The translations under genes were made by a program, and so were the position numbers. Under the pieces are notes generated by a model, which was not told the DNA's origin, made no database searches, and was given only the letters and a program-made list of their open reading frames with translations. A stretch of DNA of 64,000 bases from a virus: the IMG/VR virus record IMGVR_UViG_3300021364_000008, positions 35,004-99,003 of that record; one strand, 5' to 3'. Below, one piece after another: positions 9,269-19,639 of this stretch. The number at the start of each line of letters is the position of its first letter. Position 1 is the stretch's first letter.

Positions 9269-10588
9269 ATGGCAGCTCCTGTTCTGCAGTTTAAGAGGGG
9301 TCTTCTTACTAATCTTCCCGGTTTGAGGGCAGGTGAACCTGGATTTACTACAGATAGTTACGATTTTTATGTTGGTCTTACCTCAGAAACTTCAACTAAT
9401 AAATTCTTTGGATCTCATCGTTACTGGATCAAAGAAACAACTTCTACTGGTAGTGCAGTTAATCTGGTAGAAGGAACTTCTAATGGTTCGGATTATATTA
9501 GTATTAAATCTCCAGATTCTCTTGCTGGAATTGTAACTTATGTTCTTCCAGGAACTCAAGGAAACTCTTCTACGGTACTTACAAATGATGGAAGTGGAAA
9601 TCTAAGTTGGGCAGGCGGTTCTGCAAACCCAGTATTTACAGGTATTGCAACTTTTTCGGACACAACAGATAATACTTTAGGTGATTCTGATACTGGTTCC
9701 GTTCAGATTGATGGTGGACTTGGAATTGATAAGAACACTACAGTTGGTGCCAACCTGAATGTTCAAGGATATTCTGAATTTGTTGGAGTCTCAACTTTCG
9801 GTAGTGATCTTGATGTTAACGCATCAGCAGATATCTCTACCGATTTAAGTGTAGGACAAAATCTTTCAGTTACTGGTGTTTCTACATTTACTGGAGCAAT
9901 TGATGCCAATGGTGGTGCAGATATTTCTGGCGGTGAAACTATATTATCTTCTGCAACTGTTAGTGACTTAACATCAGGTAGAGTTGTTCTTGCAGGAATT
10001 TCTGGTGCATTAGAAGACAGTGGAAACTTAACTTTTAATGGTTCAACTTTAACCGTAGTTGGATATGCTGATTTAGATGATGTAAATGTTTCATCTGCAC
10101 TTTCAGCACCAACAATAAGTGTAACCAACATAAAAGCAGCAGATGATACTGCAGGATTAACAATTGCAAATTCAACTGGTGCAGTTACAGCAAGTCATAA
10201 CTTAATAGTTCAAGGAAATCTTTATATAAATGGTTCTACAACTCAAGTCAATACAACTTCCTTAACTGTTGAAGATACATTAGTTGAACTTGGTTTAGTT
10301 GATGGTAGTCTTCCTACAACTGATGTAAATCGTGATTTGGGAATTATCTTTAATTATTATACGGTTTCTGCAAAGAAAGCAGCAGTTTATTGGGACGACA
10401 GTACAAGTCGTATTGCTCTTGCTGCTGAAGTCAGTGAAAGTTCAAGTGTATTAACTGCATCAACTTATGCACCAATTGAAGTTGGTGCTCTTTGGGTTAA
10501 TGACTGTGCGGGTCAATCACAAGTCATTTCTTGTACTGGAAGTGAAAGATTCTTGGAAAATATTACAATTGATTGTGGAACTTTTTGA
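9269..10588 (+). CDS. Tail fibre-like structural protein
   Basis: LQFKRG...GEPGFTTD N-terminus; Gly/Ser/Thr-rich beta repeats. Confidence 0.65.
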   Translation: MAAPVLQFKRGLLTNLPGLRAGEPGFTTDSYDFYVGLTSETSTNKFFGSHRYWIKETTSTGSAVNLVEGTSNGSDYISIKSPDSLAGIVTYVLPGTQGNSSTVLTNDGSGNLSWAGGSANPVFTGIATFSDTTDNTLGDSDTGSVQIDGGLGIDKNTTVGANLNVQGYSEFVGVSTFGSDLDVNASADISTDLSVGQNLSVTGVSTFTGAIDANGGADISGGETILSSATVSDLTSGRVVLAGISGALEDSGNLTFNGSTLTVVGYADLDDVNVSSALSAPTISVTNIKAADDTAGLTIANSTGAVTASHNLIVQGNLYINGSTTQVNTTSLTVEDTLVELGLVDGSLPTTDVNRDLGIIFNYYTVSAKKAAVYWDDSTSRIALAAEVSESSSVLTASTYAPIEVGALWVNDCAGQSQVISCTGSERFLENITIDCGTF

Positions 10589-10591
10589 TAA

Positions 10592-10789
10592 ATGAACGAA
10601 GAAGATTATAAAGCAATTATTGCAACCTATCAACAGAAAGCATTTGAGTTATTCAATCAAAATATTGTATTGGAAACTCAATTGAATTCTTTTAAGCAAA
10701 AAGTTGAGACTTTAACTCAAGAAAATGTAAAATTAAAAGCAGCAAAAGCAAGAAAAACCAAAGCAACAGAAAGTGAGGACTTTACATAA
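10592..10789 (+). CDS. Hypothetical coiled-coil protein
   Basis: ORF in operon with heptad pattern. Confidence 0.6.
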   Translation: MNEEDYKAIIATYQQKAFELFNQNIVLETQLNSFKQKVETLTQENVKLKAAKARKTKATESEDFT

Positions 10790-10851
10790 ATAATAAAAAT
10801 AACCCATTATATAATGGGAAGAAATCACAGTATATACCGATATGAAGATAT

Positions 10852-11430
10852 ATGGCGAATCCAAATGTAAGAATTAAAAGGTCCTCTGTTGCAGGAAAAA
10901 GACCAACAATAGCACAACTTGAATTGGGAGAATTAGCTCTTAATACAAATGATGGTAGATTATTTACAAGAAAAGATAATGTCGGTATAGGTACTACTGT
11001 TACATTATTAAATCCCTGGACGGAAAATATTGGTGGTGGTACATATTATAATGATGGAAATGTTGGAATAGGGGTAACTGTTCCAACAACAGAATTAGAA
11101 GTTTCTGGAACAATCAAAGCAAATGACTTTGATTCATTGTCAGATCAAAATTTAAAAGAAAACATAAGAACTTTAGAAAATCCACTAGAAAAAATATTAT
11201 CAATTAATGGAGTATCATTTAATTGGAGACATAGCAAAGAACCATCAATTGGAGTAATCGCACAAGAAGTAGAAGAGATATTCCCAGAACTTGTAAATAC
11301 AAATGAATTCAAATCGGTTAATTATAATGGATTGATTGGAGTTTTAATTGAGGCAGTTAAAGAACTTAAGACTGAAGTCAACGAACTCAGGTCACAAATA
11401 AATAGTACCATAAGAAATGATGTATCATAA
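10852..11430 (+). CDS. Short tail-fibre protein with C-terminal intramolecular chaperone (peptidase S74)
   Basis: IKRSSVAGKRPT..LGELALNT.DG N-terminus; SDxxLKENI...GVIAQEVE...VNYNGL. Confidence 0.8.
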   Translation: MANPNVRIKRSSVAGKRPTIAQLELGELALNTNDGRLFTRKDNVGIGTTVTLLNPWTENIGGGTYYNDGNVGIGVTVPTTELEVSGTIKANDFDSLSDQNLKENIRTLENPLEKILSINGVSFNWRHSKEPSIGVIAQEVEEIFPELVNTNEFKSVNYNGLIGVLIEAVKELKTEVNELRSQINSTIRNDVS

Positions 11431-11432
11431 AA

Positions 11433-13358
11433 ATGCCTCTTAAGAAACCTTCACAATTATTTGAATCACCAAGAAAATTAATCACGGAAGACTATTCTCC
11501 ATTAGTTTCTGTATCTCCCGCTGAGAATAATTTTAGTGATACTTTTGAATCATTTAAAGGAAATCTAAATAAGCTTGAAAGTTTAAGTGAGAAAGTAGAG
11601 TCTATTGCGGAATCTTTAAATAATAAGCTATCAAAAAGTGACCTTGATAGCTCATTATTCTCATACTTGGTTATTGTTGATGAAAACTTCAAGAAATTGG
11701 AGGATAGAGTCAGTGGCCTTAATAAAAAGCACATTAGAGAATTTAAAGAAGATATTTCAAATGCAATTGAAATAGTTGAAGACTTATCAAAAAATCAGTT
11801 TCCAAAATATAAAAGAAAAATTGTAGATACTGAAGTCAAAATCAGTGAAAAATTTAATGTATTTAAAGAAGAAGTAGCGCAAAGTCAAGAAATCGCTGAA
11901 AATAAGATACAAGAAAAGATTAATAATTTCGCTGATGTTGTAGACAATAATTTCTCAATTTTTAATGAAAATATTCAACAAACAAAAAATTATGTTAATG
12001 AAACAGTAGAAACTTATAAAAAACTTCATAAGATTTTAGAAAATAAAACTGAAAAAGAGAATGAAAGATTAAATGAATATTCATCTGTTCTTGAGAACTT
12101 TAATAATGATTTCCTTAAGTTTCAAGAGAATATTCAAGAACAAATTAAAGAATATGAAAAAATCAATTCAGTTCTTGATGAAAGATTTGAGTCTTTTGGA
12201 AATGAACTTAATGAGTGGAAAGATAACAATAAAACTGAGTTAGAAAATTTTAAGTCGCAGACAAACAATACAATAGTAGAATTCAAAAGTGATATTGGCT
12301 CATTAAAAGCAGATATTGTTATTTTTGAAAACCACAATAAATCTTTAGTCAGTAAAGTTGATAATTTTCAGGAGAGTCTTGATTCAGTTCAAGAAAATTT
12401 TTCTGGTCTTGAGACACTAAAAGAAAGTCAAGTAGAACTCAAAGAACATCTAAGTGAGACTAAAAAAGATTTGAATATTGTTGAAAGATACATTCAAAAT
12501 CATCATAATGATATTGAAGAACTCAAAGAAGAAGTTTTTACTGAAATTGAAGGTCTTCCTTTTGGAAATATTCAAGAGAACATCCAAAGACTAGAAAGTA
12601 AGATAGACTTCATTCGTGAAACTTATTCAAAAATTGAACCAGAAGTTATTGTAAAAGAAGTTATTAAAGAAGGACTTACCGAACCACCTTCTACAAATAA
12701 TCAAGATCCACTAACTCCATTAGACCAAAACTTTGTTACATTAGATCAATTACAACAGCACTATCGTTTATTTCTCAATCGTATTCAACAACAGTTGTCC
12801 ACTTTAGGTGGAGGTGGTGAAACGCAATTAAAATATCTTGATGATATTGTTGGTATTGCAACGAATGCAAGTGCTTATGATGGTAAGTATCTTAAGTACA
12901 ATCATTCTTTAGGAAAGTTTGAGTTTGATAGTGTAGATATTACTAATGATAGTTGGGCTGATGGAATCAATGGACCATATACCAATGGTAGTGTCGGCAT
13001 TGGAACCTCTGTTGCAAATTGTGAACTTGATGTTGTTGGTAATGTTTGTGTTACTGGTGTTGTAACTGCAACTGATTTTAATTCTTTGTCTGATTTGAAA
13101 CTCAAAGAGAATGTAGAAATCATTGAAAAACCAGTAGATACTATAATGAAAATTGAAGGTGTAAACTTCAATTGGAAAGAGTCTGGTAAATTATCAATGG
13201 GTGTCATCGCACAACAACTTGAAGAGACACTCCCACAATTAGTATCAGGTGATGAAATCAAGACAGTGAATTATAATGGTCTTGTTGGTTTGCTAATTGA
13301 AGTTGTAAAAGACCAACAAAAGCAGATTGACGAATTAAAAGATCTTTTAGATAAATAA
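11433..13358 (+). CDS. Long coiled-coil fibre protein with C-terminal S74 intramolecular chaperone
   Basis: About 400 aa of E/K/N heptads; SDLKLKENV...GVIAQQLE...VNYNGL. Confidence 0.75.
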   Translation: MPLKKPSQLFESPRKLITEDYSPLVSVSPAENNFSDTFESFKGNLNKLESLSEKVESIAESLNNKLSKSDLDSSLFSYLVIVDENFKKLEDRVSGLNKKHIREFKEDISNAIEIVEDLSKNQFPKYKRKIVDTEVKISEKFNVFKEEVAQSQEIAENKIQEKINNFADVVDNNFSIFNENIQQTKNYVNETVETYKKLHKILENKTEKENERLNEYSSVLENFNNDFLKFQENIQEQIKEYEKINSVLDERFESFGNELNEWKDNNKTELENFKSQTNNTIVEFKSDIGSLKADIVIFENHNKSLVSKVDNFQESLDSVQENFSGLETLKESQVELKEHLSETKKDLNIVERYIQNHHNDIEELKEEVFTEIEGLPFGNIQENIQRLESKIDFIRETYSKIEPEVIVKEVIKEGLTEPPSTNNQDPLTPLDQNFVTLDQLQQHYRLFLNRIQQQLSTLGGGGETQLKYLDDIVGIATNASAYDGKYLKYNHSLGKFEFDSVDITNDSWADGINGPYTNGSVGIGTSVANCELDVVGNVCVTGVVTATDFNSLSDLKLKENVEIIEKPVDTIMKIEGVNFNWKESGKLSMGVIAQQLEETLPQLVSGDEIKTVNYNGLVGLLIEVVKDQQKQIDELKDLLDK

Positions 13359-13385
13359 TAATAACCCCTAGTGTAAACGAAGACG

Positions 13386-14576
13386 GTGGCAATTAAAATT
13401 AAAAATTCTACTATTATTGATGATAGTAGAAATCTAGTTGATGTAGGAATATCAACTATTACTTCTTTAAGTATTGGAAGTACCGAAGTTATAAGTTCTT
13501 CAAGACAACTCAAGAATATTGATTCTCTTGATGCAACGACAACTGCAACTATTGAGAGTGCAATAGCGAATGCTCCAAATACATTTACTGACTTAAATGT
13601 AACTGGAATTTCAACTCTTAATGTTGTAAGTGCAAATTCACTGAATGTGGTTGGTGTCATAACTGCTGGTGGATTTGATGGTGGTCCACTCTCTGGTTCC
13701 AGTGGTTCTTTTACACAAATTGATGTAAGTGGTATTGGAACAATTGCGACTCTAGATACCAATAACGGAACAATTGATTTCTTATCGGGAACTAACATCA
13801 ATGCTTCTGGTATTGTAACTGCAAATACATTTAGTGGCAATTTAGAAAATACATTAACACTTAATACATCGGGTACTGGACTTTCTGGTTCTACTACATT
13901 TAATAATTCTGGTGCTGCTACATTCACTGTAACCTCTAATGCAACCAGTAATAATACTGGTGGAACAATAGTTGCTCGTGATGGCTCTGGTAATTTTAGT
14001 GCTGGTATTATTACTGCAACCAGATTTGTTTCTACACAAACCACAGGAACTGCACCATTTACAGTTTCTTCTACTACTAAAGTCACTAATTTAAATGCAG
14101 ATTTATTAGATGGTTATAATACTGCATCTACAAATACTGCGAGTACAGTTGTTATAAGAGATGGTTCAGGTAATTTTAGTGCTGGAACAATTACTGCAAG
14201 TCTTTCTGGTAATGTAGATGCAACAACAGTAGATACTGATGATTTAAATATTGGAACTCAATCAGTCTCTAATACAACAACGACAAACCTTTCTACATTA
14301 TCAGCAACAACGATTGAAAGTTTTGCGATTGCTACTTATCGTTCTGCAAGAGTTCAAGTACAAATCACACAAGGAACTGATTACCAGACAAGTGATGTAT
14401 TAATTATACACGATGGTTCTACTGCATCAGTTATTGAATATGCTTCTATTGCGACTGATGATTACTTAGGAACATTTACTGGAGCAGTTTCTGGTGGTAA
14501 TTGTTTATTACAGATAAATATGAGTAGTTCATCATCTGCAACTGTGAAAGTTTTGTCTCAACTCATAACAGTCTAA
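13386..14576 (+). CDS. Tail fibre-like protein
   Basis: GTG start; internal repeat (V/I)xRDGSGNFSAGxITA twice; TKVTNLNADLLDG motif. Confidence 0.7.
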   Translation: MAIKIKNSTIIDDSRNLVDVGISTITSLSIGSTEVISSSRQLKNIDSLDATTTATIESAIANAPNTFTDLNVTGISTLNVVSANSLNVVGVITAGGFDGGPLSGSSGSFTQIDVSGIGTIATLDTNNGTIDFLSGTNINASGIVTANTFSGNLENTLTLNTSGTGLSGSTTFNNSGAATFTVTSNATSNNTGGTIVARDGSGNFSAGIITATRFVSTQTTGTAPFTVSSTTKVTNLNADLLDGYNTASTNTASTVVIRDGSGNFSAGTITASLSGNVDATTVDTDDLNIGTQSVSNTTTTNLSTLSATTIESFAIATYRSARVQVQITQGTDYQTSDVLIIHDGSTASVIEYASIATDDYLGTFTGAVSGGNCLLQINMSSSSSATVKVLSQLITV

Positions 14577-14604
14577 ATAGTCTTATAAGGAGTAAGAAAA
14601 GAAG

Positions 14605-16080
14605 ATGGCGAAAAATCGCATTACATTTACTGATGATTTTGTCTTAAGAAATGAACAAGTTGGTATTGGAACGACAAATCCATTTGCAACTTTAACAGTT
14701 GTTGGTGATACTAATATTTCTGGTGTTGTAACTGCATCTTCATTTTCTGGTGATGCATTTAATGCTTATCCATTCTACTCTGGAATCACAAGTTCAGTTT
14801 TTGTATCTCCAACTGGTGTTCTCAATCCGGTTATAGAGTTTCCATCAACTGCAGATAAAAGATACATTATTCACTCAATTAATGTTGCAAATGTAGCAAG
14901 AGTTCAACCACAAGTTGCTGGTGCAACTGTTGATATTGATATGAATGCAGGTGCTGTTACATCACTTACGATTGATGGTGTTGGCGTAGGATATACTGAT
15001 GGAGATCTTGGTTCTCCAAGTAATCTTAATGTTTCTTTCGCAACAACTTCTTATGTTGGTGTTGGAACTACTGGTGATCCAGCATACTCTGGTATTACAA
15101 GTGCATTAGGTTACATTACATCAGTATCTGGTGGTGCTGTGACTGGTGTTGCAATTACTTTTGGTGGATTTGGTTATACTTCTGCTCCTGCCGTAACTTT
15201 TGACCCACCAGCAGCAGGAGGAACCACAGAAACAGGAACAGCAGTTCTTACTCTTGGAGAAGTCACTGCAGCAAACTTGAATGTTCCTGGTGAAGGTTAT
15301 ACTGAACCTCCAACGGTTTCTATTGCATCAACAGCAGGAACTGGAGCAGTCATCACAGCAGATGTAGATAGTGATGGAAAGGTTATAAGACTGAATCTAC
15401 TTGCACGAGGTTATGGTTATTCTACGAATAATTCTCTTGGAAATAATGAAGAAAACGAAGTTTATATTTCACAACCACCACTTGCTAAAACAGAAGTTGG
15501 TGTTGATGTAGAAATGGATCGTGTTCCTGTTGGTGGTGGAACTACTGTTGCATCATATCTTGCATTTGATGTTCCTATTCCTGTTGGTGGTGTCCTTGAA
15601 GTTCTCAAGCAACCAGCAGTAATGAATCCTGGTGATGTAATGAAAATTCGTGGTATTGATGCTGATGGTTCTGGTCTAAGTGATGCAATTGATGTATGTA
15701 TTTCTTATGAAGAAACTCACGACAATTATATTGGTTATGGAACTGCAACACCAGCAAATGTGGGTCTTGGAACCACTGTTGCAAATATTGGAATCATAAG
15801 TGCAACAACAAATCCAGTGATGGTACAATCCATAAGACTTACAAATACCGAATTCGTTGGTGATTATGATGTCTCAGTCAAAGTCATCACAGGTGCAGGA
15901 CAAACATTCTATCTTGCAAGGAATCTTATGATTCCATCATTCGCATCAGTAGAACTTTGTGATACACCAAAGAGAATTGAAGCAGGTTCTTATATATTGA
16001 TGGACGCAGAAACTGTTGGTATTGATGCGAATGAAGCAAGTACCATAGATATACAAGTATCAGGAAGACAGATTGTATGA
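14605..16080 (+). CDS. Virion structural/decoration protein
   Basis: VGIGTTNP motif; G(F/E)GYTxxPxV repeats; two related C-terminal beta domains. Confidence 0.6.
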   Translation: MAKNRITFTDDFVLRNEQVGIGTTNPFATLTVVGDTNISGVVTASSFSGDAFNAYPFYSGITSSVFVSPTGVLNPVIEFPSTADKRYIIHSINVANVARVQPQVAGATVDIDMNAGAVTSLTIDGVGVGYTDGDLGSPSNLNVSFATTSYVGVGTTGDPAYSGITSALGYITSVSGGAVTGVAITFGGFGYTSAPAVTFDPPAAGGTTETGTAVLTLGEVTAANLNVPGEGYTEPPTVSIASTAGTGAVITADVDSDGKVIRLNLLARGYGYSTNNSLGNNEENEVYISQPPLAKTEVGVDVEMDRVPVGGGTTVASYLAFDVPIPVGGVLEVLKQPAVMNPGDVMKIRGIDADGSGLSDAIDVCISYEETHDNYIGYGTATPANVGLGTTVANIGIISATTNPVMVQSIRLTNTEFVGDYDVSVKVITGAGQTFYLARNLMIPSFASVELCDTPKRIEAGSYILMDAETVGIDANEASTIDIQVSGRQIV

Positions 16081-16733
16081 GTATTTTTATAGCATTACCT
16101 TGTTATGGCGGAGTGGTTTGTGAGAAGACCACAATGAGTTTGTTTAATCTTGGAAAACTCTTTGTAAGAGAAGGAGTACCACACGGATTATTTACAGTTG
16201 CAAATTCTTCTTTGATTAGTCAAGGAAGAAGTAAGATTGCAAACTTCTTTCTAAATAATACAGACCACGAGTACTTGTTCTTCCTTGATAGTGATATTGG
16301 ATTTGATCCAACTTCAGTATTAAAACTTCTAAGTCATCAAAAGGATATTGTCGCAGCACCTTATCCTATGAAATCAATACCATTACGATACAATTATAAA
16401 CTTGCAGTTCCAGAAGAACGACAAGGTGATCTAGTTAAAATAGAACATAATGGTATGGGATTTGTAATGATTCATCGTAAAGTATTTTATGATATTGCTG
16501 CTGCTTATCCTGAACTGAAATATTATCCATCACTTGACGATAGTAATGTAAGACCAAGTGAACAAGAATATCATAACTCTTATCATTACTTTTTGGAACA
16601 TAAGAATGGACCAAGTTTTATGCCTGAGGATATTAGTTTCTTTTGGAGAGCAAGAAGTTTAGGTTATGAATGTTGGTTAGATAAAAGTGTACATCTCTCA
16701 CACACTGGATCTCACTTATTTGAGGAACGATAA
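16077..16733 (+). CDS. GT-A fold glycosyltransferase-like protein
   Basis: IALPCYGG, LFFLDSDIGF, GMGFVMIHR and EDISF motifs. Confidence 0.7.
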   Translation: MSIFIALPCYGGVVCEKTTMSLFNLGKLFVREGVPHGLFTVANSSLISQGRSKIANFFLNNTDHEYLFFLDSDIGFDPTSVLKLLSHQKDIVAAPYPMKSIPLRYNYKLAVPEERQGDLVKIEHNGMGFVMIHRKVFYDIAAAYPELKYYPSLDDSNVRPSEQEYHNSYHYFLEHKNGPSFMPEDISFFWRARSLGYECWLDKSVHLSHTGSHLFEER

Positions 16734-19612
16734 TGCCGCAGACTGGAGTAAGAACTAACATCTTTGGTATTGGTGAAGTTTATGAACTTCAAAGAGAAGG
16801 TCAGTGGGTAGAAAAGAATAGAGAATCTTATAGGGAGTATGGGTATTTTGGTGGATTGAGAAATGGTCTTACAACATATTCTTTTTCAACTAGAATTGAT
16901 TATTCTAACGATACATCAACAGCAAATACAAGAGGAAATTTTAATTTAAATAGAAATTATATTGCAGCAACAGGAAACTCTAATTTTGGATATTTTGGTG
17001 GTGGTGGTGCTATTTCTACTATAGAAAGAATAGATTATTCTAATGATTCTGCTTTAGCTAGTATTAGAGGTCCATTAACAATAAGTAGAATTGCTGGTTC
17101 TGCAGTGGGGAACTCTAATTTTGGTTGGTTTATTTGTGGGCAAGTATCAAATGTAGATAGAGTAGATTATGCAAATGACTTAGCAACGGCATCAATAAGA
17201 GGTAATGAATTAGCAGATTTTTCCAGATATTCTTCTTTTGGTAATTCTAATTATGGTTGGAATGGTGGTGGAAATAATGCTGTATTCAATAACCCCACAT
17301 CAATGATAAGAAGAATTGATTACTCTAATGATTTAATTGCGCCAACAATTCGTGGACCATTTAATGGTTTTAGAAGATTATTTGGAGCAACAGGAAATTC
17401 TAATTTTGGTTATGCTGGTGGTGATTTTGGTGCATCATCAAGAATTGAACGAGTTCAATATTCAAATGATTTGGTAACTGCAAGTATAAGAGGTCCATTA
17501 AGTTCTGGACGAGGATATTTAACAGCAACTGGAAACTCCAATTTTGGATATTTTAATGGAGGTACTAATGTACCATCACCATCAGTTATAACTTATTCAC
17601 TTACAGATCGCATAGATTATTCAAATGATACAGTAACTGCAAGTGTTAGAGGTTCATCTCCTGTACCTCAATCATATCATGCATCAACCTCCTCAGCATC
17701 ATTCGGTGGTGCTCCTGTTTCATATCTTGGAGCACCTTGGACTGATACAAGTCCTTTTGGGTATTTTGGTGGTGGAAACAATCCAGGAGTTCCTGCAAGT
17801 TATTCAACAATAGATCGTGTTGATTATACAAACGATACAAATACTGCAAGTGTTCGTGGTCCATTGACTGAATTAAAATATGGATTAGCAGCAACAGGAA
17901 ATTCTAATTTTGGATATTTTGGTGGTGGTCTAAATCCTTTAATTACATATCCATCTACAATAGATCGTTTAGATTATTCAAATGATTCTTCTAACTCAAG
18001 TTCAAGAGGATTTTTAACCTCTGGTAGAACCATATTAGCATCGACAGGAAATTCTAACTTTGGATACTTTGGTGGAGGTTCTCTTGGAACATTATCAACT
18101 GTAGACAGAATACAATATTCTAATGATACTGCAACTGCATCAACCAGAGGTCCATTAAGTATAGGAAGAAGACAGTTAAGTGCTACAGGAAATTCTAATT
18201 TTGGATATTTTGGCGGAGGAACTTTTCCCGACTTTTCAACAATAGATCGCATTGATTATTCAAATGATTTATTAACTGCAAGTGCGAGAAATAATCTTCC
18301 AGAAGTACAAAGAGCACTTGCTGCTACAGGAAACTCTAATTTTGGTTATTTTGGTGGAGGTTATACTTCGTTAGTAAGACGATTGGATTATTCAAATGAT
18401 ACTTTCCCAATACTTACTAGAGGTTCTATAGCATCAAGAGGTTTAATTTCTGCAACGGGGAATTCAAACTTTGGATACTTTGGTGGAGGTCAATCTGGTG
18501 CTGGACCATTATCAACAGTAGACCGCATAGATTACTCAAACGACACCCAAACAGCATCAGCAAGAGGTCCATTGAGTGTTGCAAGGCAATATTTAGCAGC
18601 AACCTCCTCACAAGCATTTGGAGGTGCTCCAAACACCACCACAGATCCATTACCTGTGTATATAAGAGATGCTACGAAGTTTGATGATTCTAATACACTT
18701 GATTTACCATTTAAGAGAGTATTGGGGTCTTATGGGTATTTTGGTGGTGGTAGTGTTCCTTCTTTATATTCAACAGTAAATCGCATAGACTATTCTAACG
18801 ATACAACAAATGCATCTGTTAGAGGTTCATTAAGTCAAACTAGATATTCTCACCAGGCAACAGGAAATTCTAACTTTGGTTATTTTGTGGGAGGAAGAGT
18901 TGTTGCAGAACCATCACCTATTGTTTCTTCAAATGATAGAATAAATTATTCAAATGACCTTACATCATCTGTAATAAGAGGACCACTAGCATCTACATCT
19001 TATTTTACAAATGCAATCAGTTCAAATTCTTTTGGATATTTTGATAGTTTTGGTAATATATCAAAATTTGATTATTCTAATGATAATGCTACATCAATAC
19101 AAAGGTTTGTTAGAGTTAGAAGTCAAAATAGATATGGATTGAGTGGTAATTTGAATTTTGCATATTATGCTGGAGGTGGTGCTGGTGGAGGTGGTGGTGC
19201 AGTATCATTAATAGACAGATTAAATTTCTCAAATGATAGTGGAAATTCTGTTTATAGAGGAAATCTTACTTTTAATAAAAGTGAAACATCAAGTGTTGGA
19301 AATGATAATTTTGGATATGTTGGTGGTGCAAGAAGTCCAAGTCCAACTACCATAACTGCTGTTGATAGAATTGATTATTCAAATGATACAGCAACAGCAA
19401 TTTTTAGATTTAATTTAGATAGATTTAGAAATGCCTCAACAGGAAATTCTAACTTTGGATATTTTGCTATGGGTGCTGTAACTGCTGGAAATAGTGTAAA
19501 TTCGCAGATATATCGTTTAGATTATTCAAATGATACTTCTGTGGTTGTGAGATCAAACACAACTTATTCTTCTTGGTTTGCAAGAGGAACAACCAACGCA
19601 AGATCCTCATAA
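16733..19612 (+). CDS. Triple six-bladed kelch-like beta-propeller protein A (18 repeats)
   Basis: 18 repeats of FGYFGGG-x-STVDRIDYSNDTATASVRGPL-x-AATGNSN in three blocks of six. Confidence 0.8.
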   Translation: MPQTGVRTNIFGIGEVYELQREGQWVEKNRESYREYGYFGGLRNGLTTYSFSTRIDYSNDTSTANTRGNFNLNRNYIAATGNSNFGYFGGGGAISTIERIDYSNDSALASIRGPLTISRIAGSAVGNSNFGWFICGQVSNVDRVDYANDLATASIRGNELADFSRYSSFGNSNYGWNGGGNNAVFNNPTSMIRRIDYSNDLIAPTIRGPFNGFRRLFGATGNSNFGYAGGDFGASSRIERVQYSNDLVTASIRGPLSSGRGYLTATGNSNFGYFNGGTNVPSPSVITYSLTDRIDYSNDTVTASVRGSSPVPQSYHASTSSASFGGAPVSYLGAPWTDTSPFGYFGGGNNPGVPASYSTIDRVDYTNDTNTASVRGPLTELKYGLAATGNSNFGYFGGGLNPLITYPSTIDRLDYSNDSSNSSSRGFLTSGRTILASTGNSNFGYFGGGSLGTLSTVDRIQYSNDTATASTRGPLSIGRRQLSATGNSNFGYFGGGTFPDFSTIDRIDYSNDLLTASARNNLPEVQRALAATGNSNFGYFGGGYTSLVRRLDYSNDTFPILTRGSIASRGLISATGNSNFGYFGGGQSGAGPLSTVDRIDYSNDTQTASARGPLSVARQYLAATSSQAFGGAPNTTTDPLPVYIRDATKFDDSNTLDLPFKRVLGSYGYFGGGSVPSLYSTVNRIDYSNDTTNASVRGSLSQTRYSHQATGNSNFGYFVGGRVVAEPSPIVSSNDRINYSNDLTSSVIRGPLASTSYFTNAISSNSFGYFDSFGNISKFDYSNDNATSIQRFVRVRSQNRYGLSGNLNFAYYAGGGAGGGGGAVSLIDRLNFSNDSGNSVYRGNLTFNKSETSSVGNDNFGYVGGARSPSPTTITAVDRIDYSNDTATAIFRFNLDRFRNASTGNSNFGYFAMGAVTAGNSVNSQIYRLDYSNDTSVVVRSNTTYSSWFARGTTNARSS

Positions 19613-19639
19613 ATACTCACAACTACATTATCATACACA

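Noticed and set aside
13271-14086. Long minus-strand ORFs (also 6959..7549, 9763..10131, 63660..63974)
   Set aside because: Antisense shadows of biased-codon or repetitive plus-strand genes
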